Shown: in pieces, positions 7,921 through 16,124 of the stretch
Position numbering within the stretch: position 1 is the stretch's first letter
Layout of the letters: each line of letters begins with the position of its first letter
From: Candidatus Sigynarchaeum calidifontis
GTDB lineage: Archaea; Asgardarchaeota; Lokiarchaeia; Sigyniarchaeales; Sigyniarchaeaceae
Assembly (NCBI GenBank): GCA_030587475.2
Contig: JAUQYZ020000107.1
Span: forward strand, 1 to 19,684
Reading direction: 5' to 3'
Length of the DNA stretch: 19,684 nt
Made by a program: the position numbers and the translations under genes
The notes under the pieces: generated by a model
The model's input: the letters and a program-made list of their open reading frames with translations, nothing else
Told to the model about the DNA's origin: nothing
Databases searched by the model: none

Positions 7921-9476
7921 CCTACATGACCGAAGCGAACCTGGCGAAGCCGGCAACACGCCAGAAAAATCCAGCAAAGCCGTCAAGGTCTTCGATAAAC
8001 CCAGCGAAGCCGGTAAACATCGGCGATCAACAACCTGAACAGACGGGACCCGCGATGGGACCCCGGATTTATAATCTCTTTCCACGTGTTCTCGGGCCCA
8101 TCGACACGTGGGCAGACAAGCACTTGGAACGCATCAAAAAAATGGGTTTTGATTGGATTTACTTGAACCCGCTCAGCTATCCGGGATTTTCTGGATCCTT
8201 GTATGCCATCAAGGATTATTACAAGTTTAACCCCATGTTCGCCCCGGCGGGTGCGACCGACCCGTACTCGTGGGAGCCACTCGAGGCATTCATCAAGATA
8301 TGCCACGCGAAAGGGCTCAAGGTCATGTACGATCTCGTGATCAACCACACGAGCATCGATTCCCCGCTGGTCGAGGAACATAGAAACTGGTACGTTATCA
8401 AGAGCGTGGTCATCCGGAAGTCCGATGGAAAGGTCGTGTTTCAATGCCCGCTCGACCAACCCGCGAGCAAGCGCCACTTCAGCGAGAAGAGTTACACGAT
8501 AGAGGAACGCGTCGCGCACCCGTGCGCGATCGACCCGAGCGATTCCCGAAAGGTCACGATCTGGGGGGACCTGGCTGAAATCGACCACGAGAACTCGCCA
8601 GACAAGGCGAACATGCTCGCGTACTGGCTCGACCTGGTCTCGTTCTACATCGACAAGGGGATGGATGGCTTCCGCTGCGATGCTGCCTACCAGGTTCCCG
8701 CGGACACCTGGAAAAAGATCATCCAGATGGCCCGGGCGCACAAGAAAGATACGCTATTCGCTGCTGAGACACTCGGTTGCACGCTTGACCAGATCAAAGA
8801 GACCGTGCAAGCAGGCTTCGATTACATCTATAACAGCAGCAAATATTGGGATTTCACGCAACCCTGGTGCCCCGAGCAGTACGAGAGCTTCCGCAAGGCC
8901 GCGCCGTCGATCTCCTTTCCCGAGAGCCACGACACGAAGCGACTCGCGGACGAGACAAACAAGCGCGAGGACGTGCAGAAGTTCAGGTACCTCTTCGCGG
9001 CTTTCTTCTCGGCCGGCGTGATGATGCCTGTTGGATACGAGTTTGGCTTCACCCGGCCGCTCGACGTGGTGAACGGGTCGCCGGCAGACTGGCAAGCACC
9101 CAATTTCGACATTTCCGAGTTCATCGGGAAGGTGAATGCTTTCAAGCAGCGGTTCCGCTGCCTCAACGAGGATGGTCCCATGAAACACTTCGATTACGGT
9201 AACAAGGCCGTCCTCGTTCTCAGAAAAACGTCGATGGACGAGAAGCAGCACTTGTTGCTCGTATACAACAAGAATTGGAACAATCCGCAAGAGGTCATCC
9301 TCGATTCGGTGCCGTATTTCCTCGATCTCGGCACGCCGGTCCATTTCGTGAGCCCCGTGGGCGAAAACAAGGTGCTCGACGGCACGTCATGGCGCGCAAC
9401 ACTTGAGCCGAACGGTTATGTTTTCATGCTACAAGAACAATCAACCCAAGAATTGAATGCTAGAGGTCTGAAATGA
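7917..9476 (+). CDS. GH13 alpha-amylase family glycoside hydrolase
   Basis: Conserved regions DLVINH (I), GFRCDAA (II, nucleophile), AETL (III, acid/base) and ESHD (IV). ATGA overlap with the upstream gene. Confidence 0.92.
   Translation: MTYMTEANLAKPATRQKNPAKPSRSSINPAKPVNIGDQQPEQTGPAMGPRIYNLFPRVLGPIDTWADKHLERIKKMGFDWIYLNPLSYPGFSGSLYAIKDYYKFNPMFAPAGATDPYSWEPLEAFIKICHAKGLKVMYDLVINHTSIDSPLVEEHRNWYVIKSVVIRKSDGKVVFQCPLDQPASKRHFSEKSYTIEERVAHPCAIDPSDSRKVTIWGDLAEIDHENSPDKANMLAYWLDLVSFYIDKGMDGFRCDAAYQVPADTWKKIIQMARAHKKDTLFAAETLGCTLDQIKETVQAGFDYIYNSSKYWDFTQPWCPEQYESFRKAAPSISFPESHDTKRLADETNKREDVQKFRYLFAAFFSAGVMMPVGYEFGFTRPLDVVNGSPADWQAPNFDISEFIGKVNAFKQRFRCLNEDGPMKHFDYGNKAVLVLRKTSMDEKQHLLLVYNKNWNNPQEVILDSVPYFLDLGTPVHFVSPVGENKVLDGTSWRATLEPNGYVFMLQEQSTQELNARGLK
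7938..8016 (+). repeat. Three degenerate 30-bp tandem units encoding N-[LP]-A-K-P
   Basis: ctggcgaagc (7941), ccagcaaagc (7971) and ccagcgaagc (8001) recur at an exact 30-nt period. Protein: NLAKPATRQK-NPAKPSRSSI-NPAKPV. Confidence 0.75.
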
Positions 9477-12271
9477 TGAATGCAAAAGAAAAACAGAAGA
9501 AGATCGTCGTTGTACCACATACACACTGGGATCGTGAATGGTATCAACCATTCCAGAAGTTCCGGCATAAATTGGTAAAGCTAATCGACACGTGCTTGTC
9601 GATCGACAAGCCGGGCTACACGTTCATGCTCGACGGGCAAACCATCGTGCTCGAGGACTACCTGGACATCAAGCCAGAGAACAAGGAAATCCTGGTCAAG
9701 GCCATTCGCGAGGGGCGCATCACTGTAGGCCCCTGGTACTTGCTTCCTGACGAATTCCTTGCCGGGGCGGAGAGCTTCATACGGAACTTGGAGCGCGCCT
9801 ATAATATCAGCAAGAAGCTGGACATCCCGTTGATGAAAGTCGGGCACTTGCCCGATTGTTTCGGACATACACGAGCTGTTCCGCAGATCCTGGCCGATCT
9901 CACGAGTTGCAAGGCAGCCACCGCGTGGCGCGGGGTTCCCCCGTCGCTCACGACCGTGCCGTTTACGTGGAAATCGCACGCGTCTGCGACTGCGTCGATC
10001 CCAGCCATATACCTCGCGCATGGTTATGGCAACATGGCCAACGCGAACGATAACTTCGATCTCTACAAGGACCGTATCAAGGATTTGCTCGATGAACTCG
10101 AGCCATTCTCCCCCGTGCCCGCCTACCTCCTCATGAACGGGTCCGACCACTTGTTCCCGCAGCCCTTCGTCATGGACTTCAATAAACAGCTCGAGAGCCA
10201 GGACATGAAGTTCATCCTGGGCAACGTCGAGAAGTTCGCCGACGTGCTGCAAGACGAAATAAAAGCCGCCGGGTACACGCCCCCGGTCTATGCTGGCGAG
10301 TTCCGTTCCTTCGCGCGTGCGCACTTGCTGCACGACACGCTGTCCACGCGCATGTGGATCAAGCAATGGAACCAGAAGAACGAGGACTTGCTTTGTAACC
10401 TCGCCGAACCCCTCGCCACCTACTCATCTCGCGCCTTCGGCATCCCGTACCCGTCCGGCTTCCTGGACGAGGCATGGAAGTGGCATCTCCAGAACCAGCC
10501 CCACGACTCGATCTGTGGCTGCAGCATCGACCAGGTCCACGAGGAGATGGCGGCGCGGGACTCCTGGGCCACGTCCATTGCCGAGAGCGTCACCATCGAA
10601 GCCGAGACGACCATGCAAGAACGCGCCAGGCCGGCCAAGACCGCGTCGGCCATCATCCTCAATCCGACGAGCGCTGCCGGCCCCGTGTACGCGGAGATAG
10701 AAACGCCGCCCGGTACCGTCGCTGCCGCCGTCGAAACGTCTGACGGCAAGAAATACAACTTGCAGCAGTTGCGATCCCTCTCTGGCACGCTGCTCGAGAC
10801 AACAGCAAACACGATGATGGTGAAGATGTTGCTCAAGCTCGCATCCCGAAAGATAGCGGGTTGGTACATCAACGAGGTCAAGGTGTTCGACGGGGCTGAA
10901 CCAGGCCTCGTGGAGGTCCGCGCCACGGTCGACAAGGTGCCGGTCGGCGAGTTCGACGTCGAGTACTGGAAAAAAGAGGCCGAGCGGATGCTCGCCTCGG
11001 GTAAATATAAGAAAGCGCACGTCATCGCCACGCAGCCCGCGAACGTGGTCTACGGCGGTGTTCTTCCGCTGGCGCCGTGGGCATTCACGCGCGTCACCTT
11101 CACGGACAAGCCTGCCGAGACCAGTGCGGACGACGTGCTCGTGGCATCGGCGGACAGGGTCGATACCAGGTATTACTCGGTGAAATTCAACAAGGATGGT
11201 ACCTTCGAGCTGCTGGACAAGCGGAGCGGGGTGACCTTCCCGGCCTTGCACGTTTTCGAGGACTGGGGCGACCGGGGCGACGAGTACACGTTCGGCCGCC
11301 TCGGGCCCGAGAAGGCGAAGGTGTCGGGCGCCAAGCGGAAGGTGACTGGCCAGGGCGCCGTGTTCGCGGAGATCAAGCAAACCTTGACCCTGGAGCTGTT
11401 CAAGGAGGCGAACGAGAAGATGGACAAGCGCGAAGGGAAAGCGGACGTCGACGTCGAGACGACCTTCCGGTTCTTCCGGGCACTGCCGCGGATCGACATC
11501 GAAACCAAGTTGGTCAACACGGCCAAGGATCACCGGCTGCGGGTTCGCTTCGACTTGCCGTTCAAGGCTGAGAAAATCCGGGCCGCCACGCATTTCGGCA
11601 CGATCGAGCGTGGCTGGGCACCCGAGGTGCTGGACAAGTTCGCCGAGCAACCGACGGGCATCATGCCCCAGAAGCGCTATGTCCGGGTCGATGCCCCCGA
11701 TGGAAAGGTCGCCATCACGGTCGCCAACAAGGGGTTGCCCGAGGTCGAGCTCGCGGGGGGCAACCAGCTCGCCATCACGCTCCTCCGCTGCGTCGGCTGG
11801 CTTTCGCGCGGGGACATCCCCGAGCGGCCTGTCCATGCCGGCCCGGGCGAGAAGACGCCGGGCGCGCAGGAGCTAGGCAAGGCTTACACCTTCGACTATA
11901 GCGTCATGATCCACCCTTGCAGCGATCCATTGCATGCTAGCGATGATTTCGCGGATACTTTTTGCGCCAGGCCCAAGACCATTCTCTTCCAGCTCAGCGA
12001 GCCCGACACCAAGCTGCTCGATCCCATCATCCAGGATCTCGACCCGTGGATTCGCGTGTCCTCGCTCCGCATGCGTGACGGAAAAGTACTCGTGACGGCC
12101 TTCAATCTCGCCGATACCGTCATCGACACGAAGGCAAGGCTTGCCCAAGGTATCACGCAGCTGACGGAGATCAAGGTCGATGGCTCCGTGAAGAAAAAAA
12201 TCGACGCTTCCGGGGGCCAGGTCACGCTACATTTCGAACCGCACGAGATCAAGATGTGCTCGCTCGGCTGA
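9473..12271 (+). CDS. GH38 alpha-mannosidase (MngB/class II mannosidase-like)
   Basis: HTHWDREWY (Zn ligands), LDGQ, VGPWY, nucleophile region LPDCFGH, HDSICGCS, DRGDEY, DHRLRV, GLPEVE..ITLLRCVG. ATGA overlap and a GAGGT SD. Confidence 0.94.
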   Translation: MMNAKEKQKKIVVVPHTHWDREWYQPFQKFRHKLVKLIDTCLSIDKPGYTFMLDGQTIVLEDYLDIKPENKEILVKAIREGRITVGPWYLLPDEFLAGAESFIRNLERAYNISKKLDIPLMKVGHLPDCFGHTRAVPQILADLTSCKAATAWRGVPPSLTTVPFTWKSHASATASIPAIYLAHGYGNMANANDNFDLYKDRIKDLLDELEPFSPVPAYLLMNGSDHLFPQPFVMDFNKQLESQDMKFILGNVEKFADVLQDEIKAAGYTPPVYAGEFRSFARAHLLHDTLSTRMWIKQWNQKNEDLLCNLAEPLATYSSRAFGIPYPSGFLDEAWKWHLQNQPHDSICGCSIDQVHEEMAARDSWATSIAESVTIEAETTMQERARPAKTASAIILNPTSAAGPVYAEIETPPGTVAAAVETSDGKKYNLQQLRSLSGTLLETTANTMMVKMLLKLASRKIAGWYINEVKVFDGAEPGLVEVRATVDKVPVGEFDVEYWKKEAERMLASGKYKKAHVIATQPANVVYGGVLPLAPWAFTRVTFTDKPAETSADDVLVASADRVDTRYYSVKFNKDGTFELLDKRSGVTFPALHVFEDWGDRGDEYTFGRLGPEKAKVSGAKRKVTGQGAVFAEIKQTLTLELFKEANEKMDKREGKADVDVETTFRFFRALPRIDIETKLVNTAKDHRLRVRFDLPFKAEKIRAATHFGTIERGWAPEVLDKFAEQPTGIMPQKRYVRVDAPDGKVAITVANKGLPEVELAGGNQLAITLLRCVGWLSRGDIPERPVHAGPGEKTPGAQELGKAYTFDYSVMIHPCSDPLHASDDFADTFCARPKTILFQLSEPDTKLLDPIIQDLDPWIRVSSLRMRDGKVLVTAFNLADTVIDTKARLAQGITQLTEIKVDGSVKKKIDASGGQVTLHFEPHEIKMCSLG

Positions 12272-12277
12272 ACTACA

Positions 12278-13126
12278 TCATTTCTTCTTTTTCTTGCTTC
12301 CCGCTTTTCCCGTTCTTTCGGCTTTTTTCCTCGGCTTGTTCGGAGTAATTATCTTGGGACATATCGCGTCGAGCGGGCACGCGTTGCAGATCGGGGTGAT
12401 AGGCTTGCAAATTTCCTTGCCGAACCGGATGAGTAGATCGTTGATCACGAGCCACCATTCGCGGGGCAAGATCTTCATCAGTTGATCGCATGTTTTCTCT
12501 GGATCTGTCGTCTCGACGAGTCCCCAGCGATTCACGATGCGGTGGACATGGGTGTCGACGGGGATCGCGGGTATTCCGAAAGCGTAAACGAGCACGCAGT
12601 TGGCGACCTTTGGGCCGACGCCAGGCAGCTCGAGCAACGCCTCGTACGTGCTCGGAACCTTGCCACCGAATTGCTCGATCAACATCCGGGCCGCGCCCTG
12701 GATGCTCTTGGTCTTTGCCCTGTAGAAACCGATGGGCTTGATGATCTCCTCGACCTTCTCGGGCGGCGCTGCGGCAAGCTTCTCCGCGGTATCATAGCCG
12801 TGGTTGAAAAGTGCCTCGGAGACCTTGATGGTCTGCTCGTCCTTGCTGCGAGCGGATAATATCGTGCGGACGAGGGTCTTGAATGGCTCGCGGTCGATTT
12901 CGGATGCGAGCTCGACCGGATCCTCCTTCATCAAATCACGGATCAAGGCGTCGCGGTTCAGGCCCGTGTCGATCCCCCGGGATTCGAGAAGAGGCTTCAC
13001 GGCGGGCCAGACGCGGTCGAGCAACTCTCCCTTGACGTACGCGAACGCTTGCGGGAAGAGGGGTAATAGCGGGATGAAAATCTTTTCGAGATCGCCGCGG
13101 GCGATCAAGTCCTTGACAAGCACCAT
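12278..13126 (-). CDS. nth: Endonuclease III (HhH-GPD glycosylase/AP lyase with 4Fe-4S cluster), with an N-terminal extension and a Lys-rich tail
   Basis: PFKTLVRTILSA, IGFYRAK, HhH motif LLELPGVGPKVA (catalytic Lys), VDTHVHR (catalytic Asp), and C-x6-C-x2-C-x5-C. ATG 13126 is preferred over the track's non-ATG start at 13141. Confidence 0.93.
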   Translation of the reverse strand: MVLVKDLIARGDLEKIFIPLLPLFPQAFAYVKGELLDRVWPAVKPLLESRGIDTGLNRDALIRDLMKEDPVELASEIDREPFKTLVRTILSARSKDEQTIKVSEALFNHGYDTAEKLAAAPPEKVEEIIKPIGFYRAKTKSIQGAARMLIEQFGGKVPSTYEALLELPGVGPKVANCVLVYAFGIPAIPVDTHVHRIVNRWGLVETTDPEKTCDQLMKILPREWWLVINDLLIRFGKEICKPITPICNACPLDAICPKIITPNKPRKKAERTGKAGSKKKKK

Positions 13127-13268
13127 GACATCACGGATCAAGGTCGGATGCTATAACAGCGTAGTGCTGTCCGGGCATTCGTCAACCCGCTGTTAAAATG
13201 GCACGTGTTTTAAGCCCCCACCGCCATGGATCATCGAGCGAGAGAGATCAAAGCAGCGTGAGACCCGA

Positions 13269-14861
13269 GTGGCAAAGACAACAATCGGCTTTTTTGGGGG
13301 TGTGAACGCCATTGGAGGTAACAAGATCTGCCTCCAGGCGGCGAACGATCGCGCTATTATGCTTGACTTCGGGATTGATTACAGCATGACCAAGAAATTC
13401 ACGGACATGTTCTTAAAACTACGGGATAGCGAATATATCCTCGATGCGCTGTCGATCGGGTTGATCCCCCGTCCCGAAGGTGTGCTCAAGAGCATCTACC
13501 GCGAGGACCTCATGTTACACGTCGCAGGAGACTTGAAATCCGTTTTCGGCATCTCCTTCGATTTCGCCGAGAAACCCGCCGTGACAGAGGTCGCTGTCTC
13601 CCACTTGCACGGCGACCACATCGGCCTCATCAAGTACATGCATTCCTCGATCAATCCGATATACGGCACCACGTCTGCCAGGTTACTCGATCATTTTAAC
13701 CAGATGAGCAAGGCAAATTCGCAATTGCGCGGGGTAAACGAGTACAAGCTCATGTATACCCTTGCCGGAAAGCAAGTGGTGGTCAAGCAAGTTGAGGGCA
13801 CCCGCAAATCCATCGAGCTCGCGGCGGGAGAGTGGAAAGCCGTCGCGGCGGGAGGATTTGACATCTCGTTCCTCGAGACGGATCACTCGATCCCCGGGGC
13901 CGGCGGTTTCTTGCTCCAGGACAAGGAAACGGGCAAGCGGATCGTCTACACGGGCGATATCCGCATGCACGGCCCGCTCTCGTCCCAGGCCCGCGCTTTC
14001 GTGATCGCAGCGAGGGATTTCAAGCCGGACGTGCTCGTCATCGAGGGCACGAGGCTCGAGAGGGGAGAAAAGACTATGTATTTCCAGGACGAGGCGTCTG
14101 TTATGGCAGAGATCGAGAGGATCCTCGCCTCGCTTAAGGGGTCGATCAGGAAAGAGATGGTGTTCTTCGACTGCTCGGGAAAAGACGTGTGGCGTTTCCA
14201 GAGCTTTTACCAAGCCGCGAAAGCAGCGGGTAGGAAGCTCGTCATCGACGCCGACGTGTATATGCTCATCAACGCGTGCAAGCAAGCCGGGATCGCTGGG
14301 CTGTCCTCCATTGACCTCGACGACGTGCTCATCTACCTCTACAAGGCCGGAACGGGAACGTACGACCCCAAGGATTACTCCCGAACTCCCGACATCGCCA
14401 ACGCGTTCAAGGATCCCGCGAAAGCAAATGAAAACGCGATCTACAAGCGCATCAGCTTGTCGTACCGGCATCACGTGAAAGCCGCGGAGGTGCGGGCCCA
14501 TCCCGAGAAATACGTGATGTACCTGCCTTTCTACTCGCTGAACGAGCTGCCAGATTTGCGACCGCCCGAGGGCTCGCATTTCATCAAGTCCATGAGCGAG
14601 CCGGTCGATGACGAGGGGGAGATCTCGGATGACAAGCGGATGGCATGGCTCGAACGGTTCGGTATCCCCGAGGAAAACGTCCACAGCGCCCATTGTTCCG
14701 GTCACGCGAGCCCGGACGCGCTGGAATGGATGGTGCGAGAGATCAAGCCAATCCGCGTGTTCCCTGTCCACTCGCTCAACCCGGACTTGTACGAGAAGAT
14801 GGACCTGCCCAAGGCGACAACCGTCGTCCTCCCGAAGCTCGGTGAGGAATACGATGTATGA
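13269..14861 (+). CDS. MBL-fold/beta-CASP nuclease (RNase J-like family)
   Basis: GGVNAIGGN, LDFG, HxHxDH (SHLHGDH), DHSIPG, YTGD, EGT, and C-terminal HCSGHA and PVH motifs. Confidence 0.85.
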   Translation: MAKTTIGFFGGVNAIGGNKICLQAANDRAIMLDFGIDYSMTKKFTDMFLKLRDSEYILDALSIGLIPRPEGVLKSIYREDLMLHVAGDLKSVFGISFDFAEKPAVTEVAVSHLHGDHIGLIKYMHSSINPIYGTTSARLLDHFNQMSKANSQLRGVNEYKLMYTLAGKQVVVKQVEGTRKSIELAAGEWKAVAAGGFDISFLETDHSIPGAGGFLLQDKETGKRIVYTGDIRMHGPLSSQARAFVIAARDFKPDVLVIEGTRLERGEKTMYFQDEASVMAEIERILASLKGSIRKEMVFFDCSGKDVWRFQSFYQAAKAAGRKLVIDADVYMLINACKQAGIAGLSSIDLDDVLIYLYKAGTGTYDPKDYSRTPDIANAFKDPAKANENAIYKRISLSYRHHVKAAEVRAHPEKYVMYLPFYSLNELPDLRPPEGSHFIKSMSEPVDDEGEISDDKRMAWLERFGIPEENVHSAHCSGHASPDALEWMVREIKPIRVFPVHSLNPDLYEKMDLPKATTVVLPKLGEEYDV

Positions 14862-14886
14862 CCTCACCACGCTACGGCCAGCATGG

Positions 14887-14917
14887 TATATAGCCTCTTG
14901 GAGTATCCTCAATACTC
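14887..14917 (+). promoter_or_regulatory. Putative TATA box plus palindromic operator in front of the HD gene
   Basis: TATATA at 14887-14892 and the inverted repeat GAGTAT-N5-ATACTC at 14901-14917, which abuts ATG 14918. Confidence 0.45.
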
Positions 14918-16093
14918 ATGTCATTCGATCGTGCCGTCATGCAGGCCTTGCTCGATCGGGAGCGCACGCTCGCGCCCGTGGCAGCTCGATCGGCCGACGC
15001 CATCTTCCGGAGGCACGAGCAAGGACGCCACGAGGGACCAAGGCTACATTACTGGCGGGATAGTGATAGGATTATCCATTCATTTTCGTTCAACAGATAT
15101 ATCGACAAGACTCAGGTATTTTCGAACATCGAAGATGATCGTATCAGTCATCGCGTCATCCACGTGCAGTTCCTCGCCAAGATCGGCCGGTTCATCGGCC
15201 GTGTTCTCGGGCTCAACGAGGACCTCATCGAAGCCATCGCCCTCGGGCACGATGTTGGCCACACGCCATTTGGCCACGAGGGTGAGAAAGTTCTTGACAA
15301 GTGCTGTGCACGTCACGGCATCGGTCACTTTCACCACAACGCCCAGAGCATCGTGTCCCTCGACCAGGTCGAGAGCACGTACCGGAAACAACCAGATTCT
15401 TTCCCGGGGCTCAACTTGTCCGTGCAGACGCTGGACGGCATCTTGTGTCACAACGGGGAGGTTCATGTGCGGGAGATCGAGCCGGAACGCGTGGATGTCA
15501 AAGATCCGGGCAAAGCCATCGCGGTGCTCGATGCGAACTTGGAGAAGACGATGTGGGCGCCGGGCACTGTCGACCTGCGGCCGATGACCCTGGAGGCGTG
15601 TGTCGTGCGGTTCGTGGACACGATCAGCTACATCGGCCGCGACATCGAGGACGCGATCACGCTTGGCTTGATCACGCGGGAGGACATCCCTGACACGATG
15701 CTCGGCAACACGAACCGGCAAATAATCGATATTCTCGTCAAGGACTTGATCAGGAACACGATGGATTCCGGGCTATCGAAGGTTGCCTATAGCAAGGACG
15801 TGCACCGGGCATTGCTCGCTCTTTACGAGTTCAACATGGCGCGCATCTACAAGCACGAGACCCTTGCATCCAAGATCCAGCAGGTGCCGGCGTTGATGGA
15901 GAACTTGTTCGAGCAAGCTTGCCATGACGTGGCCAATGGGAACGAAAGCGCTGCCGTGTTCACCGACCACGTGCGACTGGTCGGGATGGATTATCTCGAA
16001 CAATACAAGGACACGCCCGCGATCATCGCCCGGGACTACGTCGCCGGCATGACCGACCGGTACTTTAAGAAGGTTGCCTCGGCACTCTTATAA
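14918..16093 (+). CDS. HD-domain dGTP triphosphohydrolase-like protein
   Basis: RDSDRIIHS..KTQVF, EAIALGHDVGHTPFGHEGE, GLNL, DTISY..DIEDA, DYVAGMTDRY. Confidence 0.9.
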   Translation: MSFDRAVMQALLDRERTLAPVAARSADAIFRRHEQGRHEGPRLHYWRDSDRIIHSFSFNRYIDKTQVFSNIEDDRISHRVIHVQFLAKIGRFIGRVLGLNEDLIEAIALGHDVGHTPFGHEGEKVLDKCCARHGIGHFHHNAQSIVSLDQVESTYRKQPDSFPGLNLSVQTLDGILCHNGEVHVREIEPERVDVKDPGKAIAVLDANLEKTMWAPGTVDLRPMTLEACVVRFVDTISYIGRDIEDAITLGLITREDIPDTMLGNTNRQIIDILVKDLIRNTMDSGLSKVAYSKDVHRALLALYEFNMARIYKHETLASKIQQVPALMENLFEQACHDVANGNESAAVFTDHVRLVGMDYLEQYKDTPAIIARDYVAGMTDRYFKKVASALL

Positions 16094-16124
16094 CTCCCGT
16101 GGGCGACCTCTCTAACCGATCGAA

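Noticed and set aside
10424-11836. 470-aa antisense ORF inside GH38 (and similar ones at 9581-10366 and 7983-8741)
   Set aside because: These are shadow frames of genes with strong codon bias. They have no recognisable motifs and fully overlap confident CDSs.
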